This document shows positions 11,110 through 21,462 of a stretch of 64,000 nt of DNA, one piece after another. The notes beneath the pieces were generated by a model, which was not told the DNA's origin, searched no databases, and saw only the letters and a program-made list of their open reading frames with translations. A program made the position numbers and the translations under genes. The stretch covers positions 320,001-384,000 of the forward strand of contig CAWJKZ010000024.1 in assembly GCA_963843575.1 (NCBI GenBank), written 5' to 3'. The DNA comes from an uncultured Acidobacteriota bacterium. GTDB lineage: Bacteria > Acidobacteriota > UBA6911. Numbering within the stretch: the stretch's first letter is position 1; the number at the start of each line of letters is the position of its first letter.

Positions 11110-11715
11110 TCAGCCGGCCAGCCGACGCAGGGTGTGCCGGAGCAGGTCTTCAAAGGTTCGTTTGCAGTCGCCGGAGCGCAGGACGGAGGCCAGCGCCTTC
11201 TCCGCCCCGGGCTTCGGATACCCGAGGTTCACCAGGGCCGAGAGGATGTCCTCCTGCAAGCCGTCTGCCTTCGCCGGCTCGCGCGCGGAGTCCTGCGGTC
11301 CCGGGGCCAGGAATGGGGCGATCTGGTTCTTGAGTTCGAGGATGACCCGTTCCCCTGTCTTGCGGCCCACCCCGGGGATGGCCGTGAGGCGGCCGAGGTC
11401 GGCGTCGGCGATGGCCTGTGCGAGTTCCTCGACCCTGGCGCCGGACAGTATCGAGATCGCCAGTTTGGGGCCGATGCCGCTGATGGTGAGCAGCTTGAGA
11501 AAGAACTCCTTCTCGCGTTGCGACTTGAAGCCGAAGAGCGTGAAGGCGTCCTCGCGCACGTGGGTGTGAATCTTGAGGATGACCTCCGTCCCCTCCGCGG
11601 GGAGCTCGTAGAAGCTCGTCAGCGGGATGTGGACCTCGTAGCCCACCCCGTGCACGTCCACCAGGACGAGGTTGGGTTTCTTCTGCAGCAATTGCCCCCT
11701 GAGCTGTCCGATCAT
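11110..11715 (-). CDS. ruvA: Holliday junction branch migration protein RuvA
   Basis: MIGQLRG..GVGYEV, HVREDAFTLFGF, HhH motifs GIGPK and GVGRKT. Confidence 0.95.
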   Translation of the reverse strand: MIGQLRGQLLQKKPNLVLVDVHGVGYEVHIPLTSFYELPAEGTEVILKIHTHVREDAFTLFGFKSQREKEFFLKLLTISGIGPKLAISILSGARVEELAQAIADADLGRLTAIPGVGRKTGERVILELKNQIAPFLAPGPQDSAREPAKADGLQEDILSALVNLGYPKPGAEKALASVLRSGDCKRTFEDLLRHTLRRLAG

Positions 11716-11786
11716 CGGTGCGTAAACATAGCACAACCCCAGCGCCGTTCGATAGTGGGCGGGGAGTTCACGCGGGCCGGGCTTCA

Positions 11787-11975
11787 GAGGCTGTCCGACG
11801 GTTGACTGACCGCCTTAAACGCAAAACAAGTGGGTCCGGGCTTCAGCCCGGACGCAGTTTGCGGTCGCTGTCGAGTGCAACTGTTGCTGAACAGCGCAGA
11901 TCTAAAGACGTCCGGGCTGAAGCCCGGACCCACTTGGATTATGTTTGGATCGGGCGCCAGTCGTTGGACAGCCTC
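11787..11975. mobile_element. MITE-like element (189 bp) with GAGGCTGTCC termini, inserted in a REP loop with TTCA duplication; carries a REP pair
   Basis: Left end GAGGCTGTCCGACGGTTG and right end CAGTCGTTGGACAGCCTC. TTCA at 11783-11786 and 11976-11979. Flanks CCGGGC / GCCCGGACCCAC rebuild a REP hairpin. Confidence 0.75.
11830..11933. repeat. GTGG-tagged REP pair (GTGG-GTCCGGGC-TTCA-GCCCGGAC), inverted doublet
   Basis: Perfect 8-bp stems at 11834-11853 and 11910-11929. Homologous doublets at 16839 and 58059. Confidence 0.85.
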
Positions 11976-12034
11976 TTCAGCCCGGACCCACGCGGTCCGA
12001 CGCACTGGTGACGACGGGCGAACGCCGGCCCGCC

Positions 12035-12064
12035 TTGACTTTCGTTCCCCCTCCCGCTTAACTT
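12035..12064 (+). promoter_or_regulatory. Putative sigma70 promoter of rex
   Basis: TTGACT-N18-TAACTT about 50 bp upstream of the ATG. Confidence 0.35.
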
Positions 12065-12114
12065 TCCCTAAATCGGGTGTGGGTAGTCACTTGCAACGGC
12101 GGGGAAGGGTGCAC

Positions 12115-12948
12115 ATGAAAATCGAGAAGATATCGGAATTCACGACCGAGCGCCTCTCTATATATCTCAGGTGCCTCGACGCGCTGCACGACTCAGGGGT
12201 GGAGACGACGTCGTCGAAAACAATCGCCGAGAGGGCACACCTCAATTCGGCGCAGGTGCGCAAGGATCTGGCCTATTTCGGCCGGTTCGGGGTGCGCGGG
12301 GTCGGCTACGCGGTAAGGGACTTGCGCGATCATCTGGCGGGCATACTCGGGATCAAACAGGGGCACAAGGTGATCGTGGTCGGAGCGGGGCATCTCGGGA
12401 TGGCCTTGGGCGAGTACCGCGGTTTTCAGCGGAATGGTTTCTCGGTGGTCGCGCTCTTCGATCGGTTGCCGGACAAGATCGGCACCACGAGCCGGACCGG
12501 CGTGCCGGTCCACGACATCCGCGAAATCGGTCCCGTCGTCCGCCGCACAGAGGCGAGCATGGCGATGCTGGCGGTGCCCGCCGACGCCGCCCGGGAGGTC
12601 TGCTCCCAGGTGGTCGACGCCGGAATCCGCGCGATACTGAACTTCGCGCCGGTGCGGCTGGCGGCCCCTCGCGGGGTGAAGATCAAATCCATCGACCTGA
12701 GCATCTCGCTCGAGACGCTCTCGTACTTCCTCGGCGCCGCCGCAGCCCGGAACCCCCGGGCGCGCGGAGGCGTCCGCGGGCAGTTACGCCGCGAGCGCCA
12801 TCGACTGAACGCGCGGCGAGTGAGGGGCGCCGAAGCTAGCGCGGTGTGGCGTCGGGCAGGCCGCCGTCTACCGGCAGGGTCGCCCCGGTCGTGGGTGTCT
12901 GGCGGGTGGCGAAAAACAGGGTCGCCCGGGCCACGTGGCGCGCGGTGA
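12115..12948 (+). CDS. rex: Redox-sensing transcriptional repressor Rex (unusual C-terminal extension)
   Basis: RLSIYLRCL, SAQVRKDLAYFGRFGVRGVGY, VGAGHLG, ILNFAP. Confidence 0.92.
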   Translation: MKIEKISEFTTERLSIYLRCLDALHDSGVETTSSKTIAERAHLNSAQVRKDLAYFGRFGVRGVGYAVRDLRDHLAGILGIKQGHKVIVVGAGHLGMALGEYRGFQRNGFSVVALFDRLPDKIGTTSRTGVPVHDIREIGPVVRRTEASMAMLAVPADAAREVCSQVVDAGIRAILNFAPVRLAAPRGVKIKSIDLSISLETLSYFLGAAAARNPRARGGVRGQLRRERHRLNARRVRGAEASAVWRRAGRRLPAGSPRSWVSGGWRKTGSPGPRGAR

Positions 12949-14944
12949 CCCGCGCCTTGAGCAGGTTGCGGCTGCGGTAGTACTCCTCGAGGCCGTGCGC
13001 GTCGAGCCCGCGGGCCTTCATCCTGTCGGGCCCGACGGTCTCCCAGAGCCCGGACTTGCGCTCCCGGTGCCCGAATACCGCGTCCGGGGAAACCATGTTG
13101 ACCCGCACCCCGAGATCGGCGAATTCCAGGCTCGCGATGCGAGCGAGCTGGTGCGCGGCAGCCTTCGTGGCGCTGTAGGCGCCGAACTTCGCCCCCGGCG
13201 CAAAGACGTTCTTGGTCGAGATCAGCACAATGTCCCCGCCGGTACCCTGCGCGGCGAACAACCGGGACGATTCCTCGAGCACCAGGAGGGTTCCCTCGAC
13301 GTTGACCCGCTCGAGTTTCCTGAACGATTCCAGCCGCAACTCGGCCAGCGCCGCGACGTGAGCCACGCCCGCATTGACGATCACTAGGTCGACGCCGCCC
13401 CATTCGCGCACCACGCTTGCGAAGCCTGCCGCCACCGACGCCGGCTCCGTGACGTCCAGGGGCACGGGGACGACGCGCGGGCCGAAGCGCGCGCGCAGGG
13501 CGTCCGCCATCGAGTCCAGGTTGTCGCCGGGCAGGTCCGTCACCGCGACGTGGCACCCCTCGGCCAGCAGTTCCTCGGCTATGCCCCAGCCGATCGCCCC
13601 GGCGGCGCCGGTCACGAGGGCGACCTGGCGCCCGAGCACCGGTTCGCGCTCCGGCCCGAGCTTGGCGTGCTGCAGGGTCCGGTACTCCATGTCGAACAGC
13701 TCGGCCTCCTCCATCCCCGAGTAGGTGCCCATGGCCGAGATCTGCGCCTTGACGGCGAGGGTGTGGGCCGTGATGTCGCGGGCCAGCCCGGCGGAGAACG
13801 CGTCCTTCCCGGCGCAAAGCGCTCCTAGCCCCGGGATGAGAACGACGCGCGGAAGCGAGTCCATCCGCGACACGGAAGCCGGCATGCGCGCGGCGTTGCG
13901 CCGGACGTAGGCGTCGTAGGCGTCCGCGTAGGCGCGCACGGCCCGGCCAATCTGCCCACGCAGCGTCGGCAGGTCCTCGAAGTCCGGGTCGTCGCACCAC
14001 AGCGGCAGCGGCTTGGTGCGGATCAGGTGGTCGCTGGTCAGCGGAGGGGAGAGCGCCAGCTCCTTGCCCCCTGGCGCCTCGAGGATGTCGATGACCTCGC
14101 GCGTGACGAGCGGCCGCAGGATGACGCGCCGGTAGGGATGGTCCGGATCGTCCGTCGGCGCGGCCAGCAGGCCGCGGACCAAGGGGGCCGCGCGCTGCAG
14201 ACGCTCCATGGCCTTGTCCAGCGGCGTCCCCGGTACGGTCACGAACGCCCGGTGCACGCGCCGTGCCGCGTACTCCTCCGCCAGCGAAATCAGTTCGATG
14301 GTCACCTCGTACGATTCCCGGGCCGTGTCCCCCCACGTCACGAGCCCGTGCCGCATCCAGACCATGCCGCGGCTCCCGGGGTGGGCCTCGAAACTGACGG
14401 CAGCCGCTTGCGCCAGCCTGAAGCCCGGCTGGACATAGGGGAGCACGGGCACGCCCGGGCCGAGTGCCTCCGCCACCCGCGCGGCCCCGTCCGGCTGGTT
14501 GGTCAGGGCAAGGATGGCGTCGGCGTGGCAGTGGTCGATGTACTTCTTGGGGATGAAGGCGTGAACGAGGGTTTCGATCGACGCCGCCACGGCGCGCGCG
14601 TCCAGGGTTCGGCTGCGGAACTCCGCCTCCATCTGCTCGTCCGAGAGCGCGTCGAGCGTCCTCAACCTCCTCAGGTAGTCGAGGTCGAGGGGGATGTAAT
14701 CCCCGGCCCCCATCGAGGCCATGTCGAACCCCGACGGCTTCACGAAGAGGGCCGCGACGTCTTCTCCGAGGATGTTGCGGCGCGAGCCTTTTACGGAGTT
14801 GTTGCCCCCGCCGTGCAGGACCAGGCTGGGCTCCGCGCCCATGAGCCGCGATGCGTAGGCCCTCAGGGCGAGATCCGCGCCGCACCCGTCCCGGTGCAGC
14901 GCCACATACGTTTCCGCCTGTTCGTCCGACCAGCCGTTTTTCAT
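12836..14944 (-). CDS. Bifunctional class II aldolase / short-chain dehydrogenase (RhaD/YuxG-like)
   Basis: LVLHGGGNNSVK, SIETLVHA, DHCHAD, HGLVTWG, plus a C-terminal SDR (TGAAGAIG, YSATK). Confidence 0.85.
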   Translation of the reverse strand: MKNGWSDEQAETYVALHRDGCGADLALRAYASRLMGAEPSLVLHGGGNNSVKGSRRNILGEDVAALFVKPSGFDMASMGAGDYIPLDLDYLRRLRTLDALSDEQMEAEFRSRTLDARAVAASIETLVHAFIPKKYIDHCHADAILALTNQPDGAARVAEALGPGVPVLPYVQPGFRLAQAAAVSFEAHPGSRGMVWMRHGLVTWGDTARESYEVTIELISLAEEYAARRVHRAFVTVPGTPLDKAMERLQRAAPLVRGLLAAPTDDPDHPYRRVILRPLVTREVIDILEAPGGKELALSPPLTSDHLIRTKPLPLWCDDPDFEDLPTLRGQIGRAVRAYADAYDAYVRRNAARMPASVSRMDSLPRVVLIPGLGALCAGKDAFSAGLARDITAHTLAVKAQISAMGTYSGMEEAELFDMEYRTLQHAKLGPEREPVLGRQVALVTGAAGAIGWGIAEELLAEGCHVAVTDLPGDNLDSMADALRARFGPRVVPVPLDVTEPASVAAGFASVVREWGGVDLVIVNAGVAHVAALAELRLESFRKLERVNVEGTLLVLEESSRLFAAQGTGGDIVLISTKNVFAPGAKFGAYSATKAAAHQLARIASLEFADLGVRVNMVSPDAVFGHRERKSGLWETVGPDRMKARGLDAHGLEEYYRSRNLLKARVTARHVARATLFFATRQTPTTGATLPVDGGLPDATPR

Positions 14945-14962
14945 GGATTCATCCGACGATCC

Positions 14963-15097
14963 GGAGTGCGGCGCCTCGGCTCCGCTTCACCCTTGCGTCT
15001 CGCGGCCGAAATGCCCGGCGCCTCGGCGGCACACCGGATCCCGACATTGCGGCGCCGAGGCGCCGCCACTAAAGCGGCGTCAAGCCGCCGCACCCCA
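14963..15097. repeat. Inverted pair of GGAGTGCGGC REP-like hairpins
   Basis: Units at 14963-14987 and 15071-15097. Overlaps the 3' end of the epimerase gene. Confidence 0.8.
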
Positions 15098-15827
15098 CAT
15101 TGGACCGGCGCGGCAGCGTCTTCAGGTGCTCCAGCATGGCGGCGGCGTTCTGTCCGGCCGCCTTGCCGTCGAACACCGCGCTGCCCGTTACGATCACGTC
15201 GACTCCGGTAGCCGCGATCCCCTCGAAGTTCTGGCGCGTGACGCCCCCGTCGACCGCCAGCAGGATCGAGCGCCCGCTCGCCCGGATCATCTCGCTCGCC
15301 CGGGAGATCTTCCGCCGCGTGGACTCGATGAACGACTGGCCGCCCCAGCCCGGATTGACCGCGAGCAGCAGGAGGAGGTCGATTTCGTCCAGCAGGGCCT
15401 CAATCACCCCGACGGGGGTGCCCGGGTTCAGCGCCAGCCCGCGCACCAGCCCGCGCGCGGGGTCGTTGGCATTCGCGAATCCCGCCATGCTCTGCAGGGC
15501 CCGGTGCACGTGCGGGCCGGCCTCGTAATGGACCGTGAGGATGTCCGCCCCGGCGCGCACGTAATCGCCGATCTTCCCGACGGGGTCGCCGACCATCAGG
15601 TGGACGTCCTTGAGCAGCGGGGTCCGCACGGCCCGGACGAAGGACGGCCCCACCGTGAGCTGCGGCACGAAGCAGCCGTCCATCACGTCGATGTGCACCA
15701 GGGCGACGCCCGTCCTCTCGAGCAGCGCGAGTTCCGAGCCAAGGGCCAGCAGATCGGCCGTGAGGATGCCGATGCTGAGCGTCGGCGCGTTGCGGAGCAG
15801 GTTGTCGAGTGTCGTGCCGCTGGGCAT
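15069..15827 (-). CDS. Ribulose-phosphate 3-epimerase family protein (LsrE-like context)
   Basis: HIDVMDGCFVP, DVHLM, VNPGWGGQ, VDGGV, VTGSAVF. Directly downstream of lsrF. Confidence 0.85.
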   Translation of the reverse strand: MPSGTTLDNLLRNAPTLSIGILTADLLALGSELALLERTGVALVHIDVMDGCFVPQLTVGPSFVRAVRTPLLKDVHLMVGDPVGKIGDYVRAGADILTVHYEAGPHVHRALQSMAGFANANDPARGLVRGLALNPGTPVGVIEALLDEIDLLLLLAVNPGWGGQSFIESTRRKISRASEMIRASGRSILLAVDGGVTRQNFEGIAATGVDVIVTGSAVFDGKAAGQNAAAMLEHLKTLPRRSNVGCGGLTPL

Positions 15828-15839
15828 CGCCGGACTCGT

Positions 15840-16736
15840 CTAGCGCGCGGACGCGGCTTTTTCGCGCTTCAGCGTCAGGTAGAGGTCGTAGGCTTCCGCG
15901 GGCTTCATCGCCTGGTGCACGACGCCCCGCACGGCCTGGATCATCGCCTGCGGCGCCTCGGACTGGAATATGTTCCGGCCCATGTCCACGCCTGCGGCCC
16001 CCTCGGAGACCGCCCGCCAGGCCATCGCGAGCGCATCCTTCTCGTCGAGTTTCTTGCCTCCGGCCATGACGACCGGGACCGGGCACGAAGCTGTCACCGT
16101 CTCGAAGCCTTCCGCGACGTAGTACGTCTTGACCACGTGTGCCCCCAACTCCGCGCAGATCCGGCACGCGAGCCTCAGGTAGCGCGCGTCCCTGGTCATG
16201 GTCTTGCCCACCGCCGTCACTCCGAGGATGGCGACCCCGTAACGGTTGCCCAGGTCGACGAGGCGGGTCAGGTTGTGGACCGATTGCGTTTCGAACTCGC
16301 CGCCAATGTACACCTGTACGGCCATCGCGGCCACGTTGAGCCGCACGGCGTCCTCGATGTCGACGGCGATCTGCTCGTTCGACAGCTCCTTCAGGATGCT
16401 TGGCCCGCCGCTGGCGCGCAGCACGATCCCGCGTCCGTAGGACGGCGGGATCGTCGTGCGCAGGATCCCGCGGGTGAGCATAAGGGCATCGGTGTGGGGC
16501 AGCAGGGGGACGATGTTCACGTCGATGCGCTCCAGCCCGGTCGTCGGTCCCTGGAAGTACCCGTGATCGATCGCGAGCATGACCGTCCGGCCCGACGACG
16601 GGTTGAAAACCCGGGCCAGCCGGTTCTGCATCCCCCAGTCGAGAGAGGTCGACCCTTTCAGGAAAAACGGTTCAACCCTAGCCGGGGTGCCGAGGTGAAA
16701 GTCCTTGGTCTCGCCGATTCCGTCCACATCCGCCAT
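15840..16736 (-). CDS. lsrF: 3-hydroxy-5-phosphonooxypentane-2,4-dione thiolase LsrF (DhnA class I aldolase fold)
   Basis: [55 protein letters not shown]. Confidence 0.9.
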   Translation of the reverse strand: MADVDGIGETKDFHLGTPARVEPFFLKGSTSLDWGMQNRLARVFNPSSGRTVMLAIDHGYFQGPTTGLERIDVNIVPLLPHTDALMLTRGILRTTIPPSYGRGIVLRASGGPSILKELSNEQIAVDIEDAVRLNVAAMAVQVYIGGEFETQSVHNLTRLVDLGNRYGVAILGVTAVGKTMTRDARYLRLACRICAELGAHVVKTYYVAEGFETVTASCPVPVVMAGGKKLDEKDALAMAWRAVSEGAAGVDMGRNIFQSEAPQAMIQAVRGVVHQAMKPAEAYDLYLTLKREKAASAR

Positions 16737-16838
16737 CTGTCGTTCCCCCTGCGCAATGAATGATCCACCAAGATAAAAGTTTTGTCCCGGCTATTCAAGC
16801 TTATCCGGGGCCGGTCACAAACCCTTAACGCAAGCCAA

Positions 16839-16940
16839 GTGGGTCCGGGCTTCAACCCGGACGCTGTTTGCGGTTGCCAGACGGTGCGCCTGTTGCTACA
16901 TAGCTCACATCAAAAGGCGTCCGAGCTGAAGCCCGGACCC
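16839..16940. repeat. GTGG-tagged REP doublet
   Basis: Same hairpins and a same-length homologous spacer as 11830-11933. Confidence 0.8.
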
Positions 16941-16994
16941 TCTCAGGCGCCCGGACCCTCTCAGGCGCCCGGACCCTCTCAGGCGCCCGGACCC
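16931..16994. repeat. 18-bp tandem repeat, 3.5 copies (GCCCGGACCCTCTCAGGC)
   Basis: Exact copies at 16931, 16949 and 16967, partial at 16985. Confidence 0.9.
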
Positions 16995-17005
16995 GGACAT
17001 GGACT

Positions 17006-17035
17006 TTGGTTCACGTCCGCGGGTTCCGGTATAAT
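17006..17035 (+). promoter_or_regulatory. Putative promoter of the purF operon
   Basis: Perfect TATAAT at 17030-17035 with a weak -35 (TTGGTT, 18-bp spacer). Confidence 0.4.
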
Positions 17036-17086
17036 ACGTGATCACCAATTACGGCATGAGCAGTGAGGTGTTGGGTGGACTCAGAT

Positions 17087-18514
17087 ATGACGCCTTGGGA
17101 TAAGCTCAAGGAAGAATGCGGCATTTTCGGCATCGTTTCCCATCCGGAGGCGGCCAGGCTGGCTTATCTCGGGATTTACGCCCTGCAGCACCGCGGGCAG
17201 GAGTCGGCCGGAATCGTCAGCTCCGACGGCACGAAGCTGCACATCCAGAAAGGCATGGGTCACGTGGCCGACGTTTTCAACCCGGCGCGCCTGGAGCGCC
17301 TGCCGGGGAGCCTGGCCATCGGGCACGTGCGTTACTCCACGGCCGGGGAGAGCTCCGGCATCAACGCCCAGCCGATCCTGATCGACTGCTGGCGCGGGCC
17401 GCTGGCACTGGCGCACAACGGCAATCTGATCAACGCCGCACAGCTGCGCCGCGAGCTGGAGCGCGACGGCGCCATCTTCCACTCGACCAGCGACAGCGAG
17501 GTCATCCTGCACCTGCTGTCGCGCTCCAAGCGGCGCACCCTGCTCGAGGCGTTCGTCGACGCCCTGCGGATCGTCCAGGGCGCGTATTCCGTCCTGCTGC
17601 TCACCCCGGAGTTCCTCCTGGCGGCGCGCGACCCGCGCGGGTTCCGGCCGCTGTGCCTGGGACAGGTCGGCGGCCGCTATGTGTTGGCGTCCGAGACCTG
17701 CGCCTTCGACCTGATCGACGCCCGCTACGTCCGCGACGTGGAGCCGGGCGAAGTGCTGCTGATCGACGCGGACAACATCGACTCGACGTTCCCCCTGCCC
17801 AGGGAGAAACCGGCCCACTGCGTTTTCGAGCACGTCTACTTCAGCCGTCCCGACAGCCTGGTGTTCGGCCGGACCGTCAACACCAGCCGACGCCTCATGG
17901 GAATCCACCTGGCGCGCGAGCACCCGGTCGAGGCCGACGTCGTCGTGCCGGTCCCGGACTCCGGGGTCTCGGCGGCGATCGGGTACGCCCACGAGAGCGG
18001 CATCCCGCTGGAGTTCGGCCTGATCCGCAACCATTATGTCGGCCGGACGTTCATCGAACCGAAGCAGTCGATCCGGAACTTCGGGGTCAAGGTGAAGCTG
18101 AACCCCGTCCGCGAGATCCTCCAGGGGAAGCGCGTGGTGCTGGTGGACGACTCGATCGTGCGCGGCACCACCAGCCGGAAGATCGTGCAGATCATCCGGG
18201 CCGCGGGCGCGAAGGAAATCCACCTGCGGATCACCTCCCCCCCCATCGTCAGCCCTTGCTACTACGGCATCGACACGCCGACCAAGAGCGAGCTGATCGG
18301 CTCGACCAAGTCGGTCGACGAAATCCGCAAGTTCGTCGGGGCCGACAGCCTGGGCTACCTGAGCCTGGAGGCGATGATGCAGTCGGTGGAGGACGGCGGG
18401 CGTTATTGCTCGGCCTGTTTTACGGAAAAGTACCCGACCGAGGTGACGCACCAGGAACGACAAAAGGAACTGTTCGGCAGGAACCTGTCGGAGATCCTCA
18501 CCACGCGGTCTTGA
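17087..18514 (+). CDS. purF: Amidophosphoribosyltransferase
   Basis: EECGIFG, LQHRGQESAG, GHVRYST, VDDSIVRGTT. Confidence 0.97.
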   Translation: MTPWDKLKEECGIFGIVSHPEAARLAYLGIYALQHRGQESAGIVSSDGTKLHIQKGMGHVADVFNPARLERLPGSLAIGHVRYSTAGESSGINAQPILIDCWRGPLALAHNGNLINAAQLRRELERDGAIFHSTSDSEVILHLLSRSKRRTLLEAFVDALRIVQGAYSVLLLTPEFLLAARDPRGFRPLCLGQVGGRYVLASETCAFDLIDARYVRDVEPGEVLLIDADNIDSTFPLPREKPAHCVFEHVYFSRPDSLVFGRTVNTSRRLMGIHLAREHPVEADVVVPVPDSGVSAAIGYAHESGIPLEFGLIRNHYVGRTFIEPKQSIRNFGVKVKLNPVREILQGKRVVLVDDSIVRGTTSRKIVQIIRAAGAKEIHLRITSPPIVSPCYYGIDTPTKSELIGSTKSVDEIRKFVGADSLGYLSLEAMMQSVEDGGRYCSACFTEKYPTEVTHQERQKELFGRNLSEILTTRS

Positions 18515-18535
18515 CCACGAGGGCTGCCCCCACCC

Positions 18536-19582
18536 ATGGATACACCTGAGCACGGAAAGTTGACCTACGCCGCGTCGGGCGTCGACATCGACGCGGCGAC
18601 CGAAGCCAAGCAGCGCATCCGGAAGATCGCGCGCGCCACGTTCACCCCCGGCGTCCTGACCGACATCGGCAGTTTCGGGGCCCTTTTCCGCCTGGAGCCG
18701 GGACGGTGGCGCGACCCGTTGCTGGTCTCGAGCTGCGACGGTGTCGGCACCAAACTCAAACTCGCCTTCATGACCGGCATCCACCACACGGTCGGGTACG
18801 ACCTTGTCTCGCACTGCGTCTCGGACATCATGGTTCAGGGGGCGCGCCCCCTGTTCTTTCTCGATTACATCGCCTGCGGAGGGCTCAAGCCTGAGGTCGT
18901 GGAACAGCTCGTCGCCGGTCTGGCCCGCGGTTGCAGCGAAACCGGGTGCGCCCTGGTAGGCGGCGAAACCGCGGAAATGCCCGATTTCTACGCTCCAGGC
19001 GAATACGACCTGGCAGGTTTCATCGTCGGGGTCGTCGACCGGGACAAGGTCATCGACGGCTCCGCCATCCGGCCGGGAGACCGCCTGCTGGGGCTGGCGT
19101 CGGCCGGCCTGCACACCAACGGCTACTCGCTCGCGCGCCGGCTTTTTTTCGACCGGCTGGCCCTCGGCCCGCGCGACTCGGTGCCCGAGCTCGGGGGGAG
19201 TGTCGCTGACGTGCTGCTGGCGCCCCACCGCAGCTACTACAAGCTCGTCGAGCCGCTGCTCGACACGGGACTGCTCAAGGGGCTGGCCCACGTCACCGGC
19301 GGCGGGATAACCGACAACCTGCCGCGCATCCTGCCGGAGGGGACCGCCGCCCGGGTGGTCCGTGGCGCCTGGCCCGTTCTTCCCGTGTTCGACTACATCC
19401 GGCGGAAGGGCGAGGTCGAGGAAACGGAAATGTACCGCACGTTCAACATGGGGATCGGGATGATCCTGGTTGCGGCGCCCGAGACGCTCCCGGAGCTGAG
19501 GCGGCACTTCGCCGCGCGCGGCGAGCCACTCCACGAAATCGGCGAGATCGTTCCCGGCGCACGGTCCGTTCAGTACAGTTGA
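18536..19582 (+). CDS. purM: Phosphoribosylformylglycinamidine cyclo-ligase
   Basis: [36 protein letters not shown]. Confidence 0.97.
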   Translation: MDTPEHGKLTYAASGVDIDAATEAKQRIRKIARATFTPGVLTDIGSFGALFRLEPGRWRDPLLVSSCDGVGTKLKLAFMTGIHHTVGYDLVSHCVSDIMVQGARPLFFLDYIACGGLKPEVVEQLVAGLARGCSETGCALVGGETAEMPDFYAPGEYDLAGFIVGVVDRDKVIDGSAIRPGDRLLGLASAGLHTNGYSLARRLFFDRLALGPRDSVPELGGSVADVLLAPHRSYYKLVEPLLDTGLLKGLAHVTGGGITDNLPRILPEGTAARVVRGAWPVLPVFDYIRRKGEVEETEMYRTFNMGIGMILVAAPETLPELRRHFAARGEPLHEIGEIVPGARSVQYS

Positions 19583-19623
19583 AGGTCCGCCCGTTCCTTG
19601 TTCGGGAGTATCCGGAGGTTCGC

Positions 19624-20241
19624 ATGTCTCAGCATCGCAGGCTGGCGATACTGCTCTCGGGGCGGGGCTCGAATTTCCTTGCGATCCAGGACGCGATCCG
19701 GCGCGGGGACCTCGACGCGGAGATCTGCTGCGTCGTCGCCAATGTGCCGGAAGCCGCGGGTCTCACCCATGCGCGGGCATCGGGGCTGCCGGCGCTGTGC
19801 ATCCCGTCGAAGGGCGTGGACAGGACCGAGTACGACCGGCGGCTCGTGGAGGCCCTGGCGCCGTACGATCCCGCGCTGGTGTGCCTCGCCGGCTTCATGC
19901 GCATCCTCACCCCGGCCTTTCTGGACGCGTATCGCGGGCGCGTCCTCAACATTCACCCGGCCCTGCTCCCCTCCTTCCCGGGGATGCACGCCCAGCGCCA
20001 GGCGCTCGAATACGGCGTCCGGGTCACGGGCTGCACCGTCCACCTCGTCGACGAAGGAATGGACACCGGCAAGGTCCTCATGCAGCGCGCCGTCGAGGTG
20101 CTCGACGGCGACACCGAGGAGACGCTCTCGGCGCGTATCCTGAAACAGGAACACCAACTCTACTGGAGGGCGATCGCGATGGTCCTGGACCGCATGTGCG
20201 GCGCAGACAATTCCCGGGTGTCGACGGGCGGTGCGGAGTGA
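19624..20241 (+). CDS. purN: Phosphoribosylglycinamide formyltransferase
   Basis: [29 protein letters not shown]. Confidence 0.95.
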   Translation: MSQHRRLAILLSGRGSNFLAIQDAIRRGDLDAEICCVVANVPEAAGLTHARASGLPALCIPSKGVDRTEYDRRLVEALAPYDPALVCLAGFMRILTPAFLDAYRGRVLNIHPALLPSFPGMHAQRQALEYGVRVTGCTVHLVDEGMDTGKVLMQRAVEVLDGDTEETLSARILKQEHQLYWRAIAMVLDRMCGADNSRVSTGGAE

Positions 20242-21452
20242 ACGCCCGGGAGCAGCTCGACTACCTGCGACGCGGGTCCGTCGAAATCATCAGCGAGGAG
20301 GAAGCCCTCCGCAAATTCGACAAGTCGATCCGCACCGGCGTGCCCCTGAAGGTAAAGGTGGGCTTCGACCCGACCGCCCCGGACCTCCATCTCGGCCACG
20401 CGGTCCTGCTCAGGAAGATGAAGCACTTCCAGGATCTCGGCCACACGGTCGTCTTCCTTATCGGCGACTTTACCGCCCTCATCGGCGACCCGACCGGGCG
20501 GTCGAAGACCCGCCCCCCGCTCTCGACGGAGGAGATCGCGGCCAACGCCGAGACTTTCAAGAGGCAGGTGTTCAAGATCCTGGACCCGGTCAAGACCGTG
20601 GTCGACTTCAACAGCCGCTGGCTGGGGAGGCTCTCTTCATCCGACTGGATCCGTCTCGCATCGCGCTACACCGTCGCGCGCATGCTCGAACGGGACGACT
20701 TCACCAAGAGGCTCAAGGCAAACCAGCCGATCTCCATGCACGAGCTCCTCTACCCCCTCGCCCAGGCCTACGACTCGGTCGCGCTGCAGGCGGATTTCGA
20801 ATTCGGCGGCACCGACCAGACTTTCAACCTCCTGGTGGGCCGCGACATCATGCGGGAGTACGGGCTCGAGCCGCAGGTGATCCTCACCACGCCCTTGTTG
20901 GAGGGGACCGACGGAGTCGAGAAGATGAGCAAGTCGCTGGGAAACTACATCGGGTTCACCGAGCCCGCCTGCGATATTTACGGAAAGGTCATGTCCATCT
21001 CCGACCCCCTGATGTGGCGCTACTGGGAACTGCTTACCGACTTGCCCGCGGCGGAACTCGGGCGGATCCGTTCCGGGGTCGAGGCCGGCACCCTGCACCC
21101 GATGAAAGTCAAAGGGGACCTCGCCGCGTGCATCGTGCGGGACTTCCACGGGGCCGACGCCGCGCGCGATGCCGCCGAGCAGTTCGCGCGGGTTCATCAG
21201 CGCGGCGAGACCCCCGACGACATGCCGCAATTTGAGCTGAGGCGCCACGGACCGTTGCCGGGACTCGTCGACCTGCTCGTGTCGTCGGGCCTCGCTCCTT
21301 CGAAAACCGAGGCCCGGCGGCTGGTCAAGGCCGGGGCCGTATCGCTGGACGGCAGGAAGATCACCGACGTCACCGCGCACATCCCCGGCGATCTCGAACG
21401 CTTTGTGCTGCGCTGCGGCAGGCTGCGGTTCTGCCAGGTCCGCATCTCGTAG
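20238..21452 (+). CDS. tyrS: Tyrosine-tRNA ligase
   Basis: [26 protein letters not shown] and a C-terminal S4 domain. GTG start overlaps the purN stop. Confidence 0.96.
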   Translation: MNAREQLDYLRRGSVEIISEEEALRKFDKSIRTGVPLKVKVGFDPTAPDLHLGHAVLLRKMKHFQDLGHTVVFLIGDFTALIGDPTGRSKTRPPLSTEEIAANAETFKRQVFKILDPVKTVVDFNSRWLGRLSSSDWIRLASRYTVARMLERDDFTKRLKANQPISMHELLYPLAQAYDSVALQADFEFGGTDQTFNLLVGRDIMREYGLEPQVILTTPLLEGTDGVEKMSKSLGNYIGFTEPACDIYGKVMSISDPLMWRYWELLTDLPAAELGRIRSGVEAGTLHPMKVKGDLAACIVRDFHGADAARDAAEQFARVHQRGETPDDMPQFELRRHGPLPGLVDLLVSSGLAPSKTEARRLVKAGAVSLDGRKITDVTAHIPGDLERFVLRCGRLRFCQVRIS

Positions 21453-21462
21453 GATCCTGATA

